Source of the DNA: Octopus sinensis
Lineage: Eukaryota
Assembly: GCF_006345805.1 (NCBI RefSeq)
Contig: NC_043001.1
Coordinates: 54,684,001 to 54,748,000 of the forward strand
Direction of reading: 5' to 3'
Length of the DNA: 64,000 nt
This document shows positions 1 through 12,480 of this stretch, in pieces (within the stretch, counting starts at the first letter, position 1; each line of letters opens with the position of its first letter). The notes under the pieces were generated by a model, which ran no database searches, was not told where the DNA came from, and saw only the letters and a list, made by a program, of their open reading frames with translations. Position numbers and translations under genes: made by a program.

Positions 1-881
1 ATATAATTGATTAACCCTCTGCCCTAAAATTCCAGGTGTTGTACTTCTCTAATAGAAAGGACTATTGGAAATGAACTGGCCTGTTTTGAAAAATTTTTTA
101 ATATTTCTTTTGAAAAATTTTTATTTTTAAACAATAGTTATTTTATGTTATTACTGTTTTTTTTTTTATTCGCTGGTTTATTTTAATTTTTGAAAAATAT
201 TTTTGTCATATGGGAATTTATGATTTCTGTTCCCAGCTGCTGTTTTATCAGTAACACATTGCTATATTCCCAGCTAACCTATCACCTTATCTCTTATGTT
301 ATATTATGTCATATCTCTAATTTTATCCCGTTGATGTGGCACTGTCCTTTTAAAGTTGCTTAAAATAGCTAGTTTGCTCTATTCAGTTTATATAAATTCC
401 TTCTGAAATTGCAAAACTTATTCAGGAGAAAACTGTGTGGTCCCTAGATAGTCCACACCCAGGACTATTTTATCATTAACGAGAACCACTTAAATACTTC
501 ATTGTATATCAGTTGCTTGTTGGCACAAGGAAATAGATATCTGATTGTACCTTCTGTAGGATTAGTTTGTAGCTTATCTTGAAATAATCTGTTGTTTCAC
601 TCTTTGTATTAGATCTTGTTATGCACTAGAGACATTGTACACATGGTGTGTTGTTTCACAAGACTGTTGTATACCAGCTCTGTTGCATATATTGTATTGA
701 TGTATATGAGATAACTCCTTTGTTTTTATTTATGTAATTTAGTGAACAGTGTCATTATAGGTTTCCAATGGAGTTAACACTAACCAGTGTTTCTGGTGGT
801 GTGTCTGTAATGGGATGCAAAGCATATCTGAAGGGACTTTGTGAAGCACCAGCTTTTCAGTTTCCATGCAATTGTTTATTG

Positions 882-1229
882 CAATGGTTCTCAACTGTTG
901 TCCATATGGCCCCCGAGGGTCCGTTTAAGATTTTGGGGGCCCACACAACAAAATAGTAAATTGGGGATCCACAATAGTATTTTAAGGGTCCCTGAAATTT
1001 TTTTTTACCTTAGATGTATTTATTGGTATGTATTGTAAAAGTCAGCTAGGTTTCTTTCTCTTGCATTTTCACACATTAACCTACTCGTTAATGTGCGAAA
1101 AACAAAATAGGAATTTTGAAAGCAGTATCTATAAAACTAGTTTTTAAACATTGAATGGCTTTGAGGGTCCTCCAGAATAAAATAGTAACCAAAGGGGTCC
1201 ATAGATTAAAAAATGGCTGAGAACCCCTG
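882..1229. mobile_element. hAT (Charlie-type) MITE
   Basis: TIRs CAATGGTTCTCAAC / GGCTGAGAACCCCTG; 8-bp TSD gtttattg (874-881) / gtttatag (1230-1237). Confidence 0.85.
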
Positions 1230-1338
1230 GTTTATAGCCTTTGTGTGCTTAAAGCCAGCTGGAGGAGATGTTCTTCTGGGGCTACAAGCTACAGTAACAC
1301 CCACCTTTAGTGGTTAGCCATATTGAGATGGCAAATAT

Positions 1339-1426
<88 letters not shown>

Positions 1427-1449
1427 TGAAAGATATATATGTATGTATA

Positions 1450-1640
1450 CAGTAATCCCTTGACTATCGTGGGTGTTACATTCCAAACGCCCTTAATAGG
1501 TGAAAATCTGCAAAGTAGAAACAGTTCTGTACTGTATATATTTTTTATTTTTATATTTGTATGTATTTATTTTATTATAATGCAAAATAGCATTAAGGAG
1601 GAATCAATGTAAGCTTAAATAATAAACTGCAATATGGTGA
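1450..1640. mobile_element. pogo/Tigger-like MITE fragment (left end)
   Basis: TA followed by CAGTAATCCCTTGACTATCG..., a typical pogo-type terminus; right TIR not found. Confidence 0.45.
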
Positions 1641-4600
1641 GGGATTACTGCATAAATATATGTACAGTATGCATCTGTACAGTTTCTGTCTACCTAATTC
1701 CACTCACATGATTGTCAACCTAGGGCTATGGTAAGAGACTCTTCCCTAAGGTCTCTTATGGTAGAATTGAAACCAACACCATATTGTTGGAAAACAAACT
1801 TTTCAGCAACACAGCTGCTCTCTACATTATTGATTACTAGGTTCAGAAGATCTTGCGTGCATTACCTGGCTCTAAATATGAGAACCAGGTCAACACAATA
1901 TGGTTATAGCTAAAAAGCTAATCTAAAACCAAAGTTTTTAGCTCTGTTTATGTGAATTATATGTTGTCATTTAATGCTTGATTTACCAGCTACTTCTGAG
2001 GTCATAGGTCTTTTTAAAGTTGTTTGCAAAAGAAGCTGTGAGTAACTCTTTTATGTTTAAAGGGTTGGCGAATGAGTAAACTCGGAGTGAAAAATCTTGA
2101 ATATATATAATTATGTAAAAAGGCATCTTAGTTTGATGATACCACCACCATTAATAAAAGCAATAAATGCAATGAGGGAATGTAAGCTTTGTTATTTGAC
2201 TTGCTGATACTAGCAGGTAAATTTCTATCAAATAACACCCTGTTTTCTTTAAAAAAGCAGTATACATCGAACCATTAGTTTTAAATATATCAGAATATGT
2301 GATGGTACCTTTGAACATAGGTTTACTTGATCAAAGCTACTCTGAGATAAACAACAACTGCAAGACAACAAGGGAACCTCTGTACAGTGACTTGCAGAAA
2401 TAACAATCAAATCTCTTTGGAATTACAAATTACCATTTTTATTAAAAAAAAAAAAAGAAATGGCTATATTGGATAATATGGTCTTAGACGCACCATGTCT
2501 GAAAGAAAAATGTGGCATGATCACTGCTGGAATGATCTGATCATGTCTGCTTCATCAGGGTTAACTAGCAACAACAACAATGGCAGCAGCCATTTACCAT
2601 CAAAACAGCCTCTACATTGTTTAAACTACTCAATGTTGTAGTGAAATATTTAAAAAATCCTCTGTCACCTGCCTACTACCTACAAGATTGCAGTTTTATA
2701 TCTTAGTATCATCTATGTATGCATTACAAGATGGCCTACCTAAAAAATGATTGATTGAACAATGACATAGAGGGCATCTTATCTATAATGTATGCATACA
2801 TAGCCATTGTGTTGTAAAAATATGGTGCAAAAAAAACGTGTTCTGTGTTGTAGGATCACTTGAGCAGAACAGGTGAATCATACTTAACAAAGCTATTACT
2901 ACTACTGTTGCCAGCAACGAAACAAACTGGTATGGAATATTCTTTTCCACTCATTCCCAACCAGGAATCTGTAGACCTCAGGATTCATGAAGGTTATACC
3001 GAGATTTGTGAGTTGTATTCAGAATTTTAAAAAGGTAATGATGTAACATGTACAGTTAATCAATTATATATGAATGTTCACTTACATCTTTTAATCAAAG
3101 CTGAAGTTGAGAAAATGAGTTTGATGTTATTTAATAAAATTGGCATGCTGAGTAAACAAACCTTTCAAATGCTTTTGATCTGCAGGGAAAATTGATGTAA
3201 ATAAAGGGGGGTCTTTTGTAATGCAATGGTTGGGAAGTATTGCACTTTGCAGTGACTTGATCTACTGTCTTCTAAAATGAAAGATACATTTGATAATGTG
3301 GTCTCTGTTGACTATGCCAAGGGGTAAAAAATGAAAACTAATCATGGATGCATCTCCCTCTCAAGGCCTGAACACCTACATAGACAAAGAACTGGTATCC
3401 ATAAACTTTGCTGAGTCTCCAAGAGGTTGACACAGTTGCAGGTCTCAGATCTAAACTGGGGTTAAATAGCAACAATAACAGCAATGGTAAGCCAATTGGG
3501 GATTGTGCATGACCAGTTGATTTGTTAGAAATAGTATCCAAATAATTCTCAAATCACAACTGATATACATTAAGGATAAAAAATATTGGAATGGACTATG
3601 TCATTAGTCACTGATATATAAAAAAAACACTGACAGACCTTGGTTGCAATGCTTTTCATCATAGGTCTACTAAAACATGTTTGACCTAGGGTTAAACAAC
3701 AAGTGTATCAACCCTGAGGAGAGTTTGCTGAGTTTATGGCCATTGTTCCTTCTTTCTCAGATTAAATACTACCCCCTACTCAAATAGGATGATAGATCAA
3801 TCTGTAACATTGTTCAGTTATTGTTTTAAGAATGATCTACCATTCACATACCCTCATGACATCAACACTTGTCATAATGTGTTAACAATGCAAAGAATAT
3901 TGTCTCTGTCTCAGTTTTCCATGTATTCCTTTATTGATTCTCTTCATTTTTCTAGTTATTTCCTATTTATCTTAATTCTCTGTTGCTTTCATTTGCCCTT
4001 CCCCACTCTGCTTCTCTGTCTGATACCATCTTTCTGGTTTGTTTTCTATTTTCTTTCTTTGTTTCTCTCTCTCTCTCTCTCCATTTCCACTTCTCTCTTC
4101 AGCTTTATGTCTAAACTATTTTTTCCATCTCTCTTTATTTCTTTATGTCATTATCTCTCTTTTCATCTTTATTGCTTTCTTTGTTGCTTTGTTGCTATCT
4201 CTATCTCACTGTGTTTTGTCATGTTCTTCACTATATATCTTCTTAACTGACTTTATCTGGCTATCTGTCCCGCTGTCCACTTCCTCCTGTTTAAAGCTCT
4301 CTCTTGTCTACACCTTACTGTGCTTAGTCATTGAAAAACACCTACATTTCCAATCACCACCATCTTAAATGTTTGTGTAAACAAAAGCGAGGTAAACCAT
4401 ACTTCAACTTTACTGATGTTCTCTTCTGAGATTTGCATTTCTAACCTCTAGCTCCAGCAGTACATCATGTAACCATTTAAATAGGGTTCTGTGTATAAAG
4501 CATACAAAGGACAATGCCACCAAACTCATAACAACTTCAAATACAATGTCCCCTAAAACTATTTTTCAAAGTGTTTCTTTTGACTAACTAAACACTAAGA

Positions 4601-4691
4601 GTGGTCACTGGTGTAGTATGTCTCACAGAATCTCAGAAGGAGATCCTACCTTTGAGAAATTTGCTCACAATCCTTGATTCATTCAGTTTAA

Positions 4692-5132
4692 CCTTTTCAT
4701 TATCATATTTCTGCTGAAGTATACTCCCTTCATTTTAATTAATTTTTTAAATAAGAATTTAGTAAAATACTTTTGTCATTATCAAGCTGATGCTTGGAAC
4801 TTAAATTAGCATGAAATCTTGATGGAAGATTTTAATTTAGACTACTTGAGCCCTTTAGCATTTAAACTGGCCATATCGGCCACAATGTTCTCACTGTTTT
4901 ATGTTCAAAATGGCCAGATTCAGCCTTTCACACCTGCCCTACGATGTCATTCAAAATGTAGATAATGACATCATCAAAATCTCAAAGCTGTGAGATGATA
5001 AATGATTAGTTGAAAATAATTTGTGTAAATAAACATTAAACTTGTCAGAATAGTCTGAATACTTACAGGGTTAAAACAGGATGTTTGTATCCATGAGCCA
5101 AGGGTGGTCTTTGGTGGGTTGGTAACAAAAGG
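4692..5132. mobile_element. TTAA-targeting (piggyBac-type) MITE containing a nested second MITE at 4851-5070
   Basis: Outer ends ttaa|CCTTTT...AAAAGG|ttta. Inner element CCCTTTAGCATTT...ACAGGG|ttaa. Related outer-family copies at about 9600-9790 and 34636-34850. Confidence 0.6.
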
Positions 5133-7176
5133 TTTAAACATTCTTTTGATCATAATTGTTTGTTTTGCAGAATAGTTGTGATAGTGTGGGCAGTTAGAAT
5201 ATCTTTTGTATCGTAGCAGCCATTAAGACACTGGCATTAGCTGCTTCACTGAGTTCACTGCAGTTAATGGCCTCTTCATTATACAATCTAGTTGTTTTTT
5301 TTTTTTTGTTTTGTTATCCACACATTGGAGCCATTTTATTCATATTACCACTGACAAAATTGTTAAAGTCATCTTGTGAAAATCTTCCAAGCTGGTATGA
5401 GTGGTATCAGAATAGCAGATAGTGTAAAGCTTGATGAATGATAGAGAACTTTTCTTGTATTTAATTTTAAATGTTTCATTAGCTTCATACAAGATACTCG
5501 CTTCTGGAGGTTTTCACTGTATTGTATTTGGAAAACCGACAGTTTATTCTATTAATGTGTACATAATTTATTATTTATTATTCTATTAATGTATATGTAA
5601 TTTATTATTTATTGAATGGAAATTTTTTAAATATCCATATAATTTTGGAACGTGGGATAGCTGTGAGAAAAGCCTAGAAAGTTGGGTAATTACTATTAGA
5701 AGATGAGAAGAAAAAAAAGTTACAGACAAGTACTTCAAACTTGCATCTTATTCACAGTTTCCAAACACTCTGTACCACTAAACCAATATATACACAAACA
5801 TGTAGAATGAGTGACTTCAACAGGGACACACTTGCGTGCATACATAGATACATGTATACACAAATGAAAGGTAAAGAATGTGTGTGTGCGTGTTTGCTGT
5901 TCACTGATAAAACTTTGTGCTGCATTACTTTTGCAAGGTTTTGTCATTGAACAGCTTGTGGTTTCAAAGTGAAGAAAATATTTTGACACCAATGAAATTT
6001 TAATGTTGAAGTGAAACTGGTACGACTTTAATACAGGTGTTACGTACAAAACATTTTAAATGTACGCTGTGTGGATGTGTAATGACACCTTAACCCTAAC
6101 TAACCCTATAACTAACCCTCCCCTTCATATCGTTACATAGATGCATCAGGACCTCTGTATTTAAGTAGTGCCATGACACTAGTGGTTTCTGTGTGTACTT
6201 GAATGGCTTACAAACATCTAAACTGCAGTTGCTTTTGTTTCAGCACACAATCTCAGATCAAGTCACTTGCTATGCAAGTACATCTCCATAATTTTTAAAA
6301 ATCACTGTGGATAAATGCCAGCAATGACCTTCTTAGGCTCTCCACTATTTTAATTTCTGAACAGAAACAAATGAGGGCAGGGAGTGGGGGTTGCAAAAAA
6401 TTCATAATTTCTCAAATTTTCTTTTTTATAGCATATAAATGTATTTAGGGGTAAAAATATTGAAAAACATCAATACATGCAAGAGTGATAAAGAAACGAG
6501 GAGGGTTATCTTTGGATATGCTAGAAACAACAGCCAAATCGCCCTTAAATCACTTGCTTTTTCCTCTGAAAATATTAACAATTAAGAAAAATTTTTTTTT
6601 ACCAAATGTGCTCTTCCCATGGTTTTGAAGTGCAAAAACAAAAATTGGTCAAAATAGGTCCAGAGTGGGATGATGAGGGAGGAGGTGTAAAAAAAGAAGG
6701 TTTACAAAACTTTTTTCATAAAAAGATGCCCCCCCTCCAATCTTATCATTTCGACGACTGTGGTTTAAAAAAAAATGAGGAAAATCCTTGAAAAAATTTT
6801 GCCCACAAATTTCTTTATAATCATAATCTATGCTGTTTGAAAGGGATTTGTATAAATTTTCATTAAAAGATACCCATCTTCCTGAAAGTTATGAGGGAAA
6901 GAATTCAAATCGTGTGAATTTTCCAAAACTCCTCTCTCCACCCCTTCGGAAAAATTTTTTCTCACAAATCCCTATATACTTTGAAGCCAAAACATTTAAG
7001 CAGTATTTGTAGAAAATTTTTGCTAAAAAGTATCCATTTTGCTGGATGTCATGAGGCAATAAAGTTGGTGGCATAGATAACTGTAGTAATGCCCTTTTAT
7101 TTATATGATTTTTTTCAATTCATATTTATTTCATTCATTGTTTGCAATGCTCTCTCTCTGACTGCAAAGCTTACAG

Positions 7177-7330
7177 ATGGGCTGCTGAATTGCAATCTCT
7201 ATGTTGCTTTGAGAGGAATTCAAAACTTGACAAACTGCTTCTCCCTCTGTTGTTAGACTACTGTGATGTTTATTTAAAAAAGAGAGATTATGACTGTGAT
7301 AAAATAATGAAAGCAATACTTACTAAGCAA
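7177..7330 (+). CDS. Probable internal coding exon of an unidentified gene upstream of ATP7
   Basis: Acceptor ctctctctctgactgcaaagcttacAG (7175-76) and donor CAA|GTGAGC (7331). 154 nt, phase 2 to phase 0, open throughout: WAAELQSLCCFERNSKLDKLLLPLLLDYCDVYLKKRDYDCDKIMKAILTKQ. Non-repetitive with protein-like composition; family not recognised. Confidence 0.5.
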
Positions 7331-8644
7331 GTGAGCACTATTATGCAAAGAAATAATTAGATGTAAAATGTAAAAAATTATTAGAATTGAAAATATAATT
7401 AATAGTGTTTTTTTTGAAATATGATAAAGAAGAGATTTGGGTCTTGTAAAACAGTGTGAGTATAAAGAGAATAAAACTGTGTGAGTATAAAGTTAAATTT
7501 AAGTTACTCTGATAACATATTGTATTCAAAGAGAATGGTCATCTTTGTATAAAAGCAGTATGTGCTCAGCTTCTTCTATCTGAAATTATATAGACATGGC
7601 ATAATCTATGATCGTGTCATATATTTATTATGAACACAGAGCTCAAGCTGAAATAACAATATATTTCAAATGGCTTTAAATGGAATAAATGATAAAGGAG
7701 AAGCAAGGAGATATGTTGATTGAATTGACCCTTGTACATATCTTTCAGTGTTTAGATCTTCTACTAAGTTCAAATTACATTAGTTTCGACTTTGCCTTTG
7801 ATTTCCCAAGTATTGTATTATGATCAGTTCAACTAATTGTGCTTCTTCTCCTTCTCACTCAGTTTATTTAGCTTTGTGCTAATGGAAGAAAGCAACAGCA
7901 ACAATAATAATTTCTGAAATAGGCACAAGGCCTGAATTTTTTTTTGTGGAGTGGGGCAATAATTGATTATATCAACCCCTATACTTGATTTGCACTTTAT
8001 TTTATTGACCCTGGAAGGACAATAGTTTCTGATATTAGTACAAGCCTCAAATTTGGGGTATGAGTACAGCTGAATATACCAATCAAATTGTATTTGGTTG
8101 GATATTTATTTTATCAGTGTTGGAAGGATGAAAGACAGAGTTGGCTTTGGTAGAATTTTAACTCAAAACATAGTTGATAATAGCAACAGCTATAGTAGTG
8201 TCAATTAGTAATGCTGTCATTTCCCTATATCAATTCCACATGATTTACTTGACCATACCATCAGTGGCCAGTAATGTAAGTGTGGGCCAGCAAGTACTTT
8301 GTGGTCTATTACACATGTCCTTACCAACCATATATGTTCATGTCTGAGAATGAGGATTCTTCAATTACATTAACTAGGAACTTATGAACCCTCACCCACT
8401 CTTCTTGGGGTTTGTAGAAATGATCTCCTTATACATCCTCTAAAACAAATAAATTGCCTCTCTTCATGGCAGGACGATTTTTATAAGGTATATTTTTGGC
8501 TCCTACAAATCATTACCAATTTCTTTAATTATTACCTTATTTTACAAATCTTGTTCATATACTATAAAAAAATTGCATACTGGAAATGTATCTTCTTTGA
8601 CAGCTTCTGGAGAGAAATAGAGTATTTATAATATATTATGTATT

Positions 8645-9035
8645 CTTTTATTCTTTTACTTGTTTCTGTCATTTGATAGCAGCTATGGTGCAACACCACC
8701 TTTAAGGGTTTTTTTAGTTGAAGAAATCAATTTGTTTTGTAAGCATGGTACTTATTCTATCTGTCTCTTTTGCTGAAACTCTAAGGTACAAGGATGTAAA
8801 CACACCAACATCGGTTGTCAAGTGATAGTGGGTAGGGGGAGCAAACACAGACAGACACGCACACGTATACATACATACATACAATGGGCTTCTTTCAGTT
8901 TCCATATCTACCTAATCCACTTGCAAGGCCCGAGGCTATAGTAGAAGACACTTGCCCAAGGTGTCACGCAATGGAACTGAACCCAGAACCATGCGGTTTG
9001 GAAGCAAGCTTCTTACCACATAGCCATGCCTGTGT
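8645..9035 (-). mobile_element. tRNA-derived SINE, family A
   Basis: Reverse complement of the 57436 family (head, central microsatellite, 3' body). Confidence 0.8.
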
Positions 9036-10752
9036 CAATAATATATTATATTATAGTATAAATATTATATGATAGTATAAACACTATGTTATAGTATAAA
9101 GAATGATATCCAATTGTACAACTCCTGTTTTCAATTTTTGTAGAACAAACTGTTTTACTGTTTTCTTTTTCCATACTAGCTCTGCAGCATTCTTGTTTTC
9201 TTTATGTGGTTAAAGTTGTTGATTTTTTTTTAACTGGATGTCTTCCTATCATTGAGCACTGAGGGATTCTTTTTGAAAAATAATGTACTCTAGTTGAGTT
9301 AAAGTTGTTTAGCTTCAGATCAACCTTGATTAGGCAGTCCTATGATTAACGGTAGAAAAATGATGATCTTTCTGTTGTATTTTACGGCATAGGACTAAAT
9401 TGTTCTGAATATATGTGCCACTTCATTTTTTTTTTATTTTAGGGTATGATTTGAGAGGGTCTCTCTCTCTCCCTCTCTCTAATTAAACGAATGTGTGTTC
9501 AGTAAGTAAATGTGAAATCTGATGTTAGGAGCAACTAGGCCTGTTAAGAGGAGAAATCAGAAGTGTGATAGATATTTTTACAAACAGAATCTTGTCAGTT
9601 AACCCTTTGATGCCAACCTGCCCAAAGCACTCTGAGTTCTATGACACAAATTCTCTGTTTTAAAGTGATTCAGATTAAAAACTTCCTTCAAAAGTCCATG
9701 TTCATTTATATTCCAAACACCAGCTGAACAACAAAGTTATTTTAATAAATTCTTTATTATCATCAAAACAAAAGCAGTGTATTTCAACACAAAAGAATTT
9801 AACAAAATGATTAATTATACAACTGAAACAAGAAGTAATTTGTACTTTTGAATCAGTGATTCTACATTAATGATTGTCAAGTGATAGTGGCTTTGGCAGA
9901 ATTTTAACTCAAAACATAGTTGATAATAGCAACAGCTATAGTAGTGTCAATTAGTAATGCTGTCATTACCCTATATCAATTCCACATGATTTACTTGACC
10001 ATACCATCAGTGGCCAGTAATGTAAGTTTTGTATTTATGATCACATGAACCAGCTGTTCAGCTCTTTCATCTCAGCAGCCATTTTATTTTATTACCTAAA
10101 TTTTTTCCAATGCATTTCAAGTTTTACAAGGGATAAGTGTTACTTAGGCTTTACTTATAATCATCATCATCATCATCCCTTAATGTCCATTTTCCATGCT
10201 GACATGTTACTTATCCCATAGTTCCTACCACTATGCCAGTGAAAACTGAAATAAAATACGTAAAGCAACACTTGTCAAAAGCAAAAAAACTGTTTATTGC
10301 TTAAATATCACTTGCGACTTTCACTCTGGAAATAAAACAGAGTTCAGTCTGACGTATAGGTATCAACATGAGGTATGTACTATGGTAGAATACATTGTGC
10401 TTATCCTAGTGTGAAAGTGTTTGGTTGTAAAAAGTTTAAGGTTAATTATGATGCCCGACTCCACTGGAAGTTGTATATATTGTTTGGCTGAACAGCTTCC
10501 CTTCATTTTATTGACTTCATGACAATTTTGAAAAGGTTCACTGTGTTATGATTCACTATCAATCAATTTTCCTTATTTAGAAGAAACAGTCAACAGTTTT
10601 AATGTCTCAGGAATCTTTAATGCCCTAACCAAAAGTAACAACCCCATACAATCACCAAACATCTCCACACCTTAACACCGTCCAAGTTAACCATCTTCAC
10701 CTATACAAACCGTCTAATAGATGGTGGGGCGTTTGCTAGTAAATATATATAT

Positions 10753-11585
10753 AAGACTAGAAAAACAGCCAACAACTGATGAAGGGTTGTTCTTTATGTT
10801 GTTTGCTTTGTTTTCCATTTGTGTCTTTCATTGTTCAAAAGAATAGTTCATGTTTTATGCATTGTGCTTTGTACTTTTTTGTTGTGCATGTTTCATGGCA
10901 TCCTTTGCCCACATGTATAGATGTAAGTATGTACATATGTGTATGTATAATATGCATATATATATATTATTTATATTATATGATTCAATGAAACACATCC
11001 TCTTCCAAGTAACTTTTATCTTAATAAATCTAATGCGCATTCTAAACCATCTTTTTACTCTTTCGTTTTTCTCTCTCTTATTCTTTTACCACCTCTTCTC
11101 TCACTATTCTATCCCATTACTCTATCACTCTCTCTCCCTCACTCCTCCCTTGCTCACATGGCCCTCATGTGACCATTGGCTATCTTTCTTTCTCTCCATT
11201 GTAGCTGGAACAAGGAAGACTTGTTCTTGTTTGTCTCCTGTCCTAGCTTGATTTATACATTCGCCACCAAACCTCATTTAGGCTTAACAGCCCTTCCTGT
11301 TTGTTTTCACTATCCTTACCAATTTTGACTCTCCACAAAATCCCAAATTTTATTTAATTTGCTTTGCGGGAGCAACTGTTTTCTTGAAAGCATATATTGT
11401 TGTTAAATGCTTGAAATACAAGACTAGAAAAACGGCTAACAACTTATGAAGGATCGTTCTTTATGTTGTTTGTTTTGTTTTCCATTTGTGTCTATAGTTG
11501 TTTGAAAGAATAGTTCATGTTCCATGCACTCGTACTTTGTACATTTTTGTTGTACACATTTCGTGACGTCCTGTGCCCACATATG
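10753..11585 (+). mobile_element. Non-coding repeat with ~160-bp terminal direct repeats, probably Penelope-related
   Basis: Direct repeats 10753-10914 and 11420-11582, each followed by (TA)n. A related inverted copy lies at about 24000-24260. CTGATGA is present in the first repeat. Confidence 0.5.
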
Positions 11586-11619
<34 letters not shown>

Positions 11620-11923
11620 GTAAATATGTACATATACGTATGTATATATATATATATATATGTAATTTATATTATTATGTATATATATATGTTTATATGT
11701 GTGTGTGTAATGAAAGAGAACAAAAATATCAATTCTGTTTATCAAATTGGTGGTTTCTATTGTTTTTTTTATCTTATTCAAAACAGGAGCTTATGAATAA
11801 ATAATTCATTTTCTATAAGATATGACTTTTATGCATTTGATTTACTTGGGTGTGAGTGATAAGGAAAGGAAATAACATTAGTTGAAGTACTGATAAATAG
11901 GACAGAACACAACTGTTCTATTG

Positions 11924-12480
11924 ATAGGTTGTCTGTACAGTTTACATAATGTAAAGTTTGTTTTATTTATTGATTGAAATTTTTGTTGTGTAAAAAAAAA
12001 AAGAGTGTGTTTTGATACTTCGACTCTATCCAACCACTGTGCAGAACGCATGCTTTTGTTGAAAAGAATCCATTTTTCATCACACACCATGACAGCAGAG
12101 AGCAGCAAGTTTCAAGACGATGTGTCATTTGATGCTTGTTCAGTTCATGTGGTACCCACTTGTCCAATTTCTTTACCGTGCTGATTTGTTTCAGATAGTC
12201 CAGTACAGTTGGAATCAAAACATTAAACCTTGCTGCTAAGTCACACATAGTTTGAGATGTTTCCACTTTCACTACAGTTTCCAGATCATCATTATCCACC
12301 TTGGTCTCAGGTCTACCATGGGGCTGATTTTCAAAAGTAAAGTTACCAGGCTGGAACTTCTCAAACCATCGATGTACAGTGTGCTCATTTGCCACATATT
12401 CACCAAACACCTCATTGATGTTTTGAGCTGTCTGGGATTTACTAGTTCCATCACAGAACTCATATTTATAGGCAACATGA
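11924..12480 (-). mobile_element. Decayed mariner transposase (Hsmar1/SETMAR-like)
   Basis: ORF 11967-12410 with HTH region and WVPHEL motif; frameshift before the VMCDEKWI first catalytic D. Confidence 0.9.

Noticed and set aside
768-956. ORF MELTLTSVSGG...
   Set aside because: Runs into a hAT MITE, has a weak acceptor and no recognisable domain.
3789-4368. Hydrophobic, membrane-protein-like ORFs of 153 and 109 aa
   Set aside because: Produced by a (CT)/T-rich low-complexity tract; no splice or domain evidence.
5171-5200. Strong acceptor ttgtttgttttgcAG followed by NSCDSVGS*
   Set aside because: Too short to assess and could not be chained to other exons.
6085-6120. TAACCC repeats as an interstitial telomere or fusion scar
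   Set aside because: Only a few degenerate units, embedded in repeat-like sequence as at 36331; better explained as transposon-internal.
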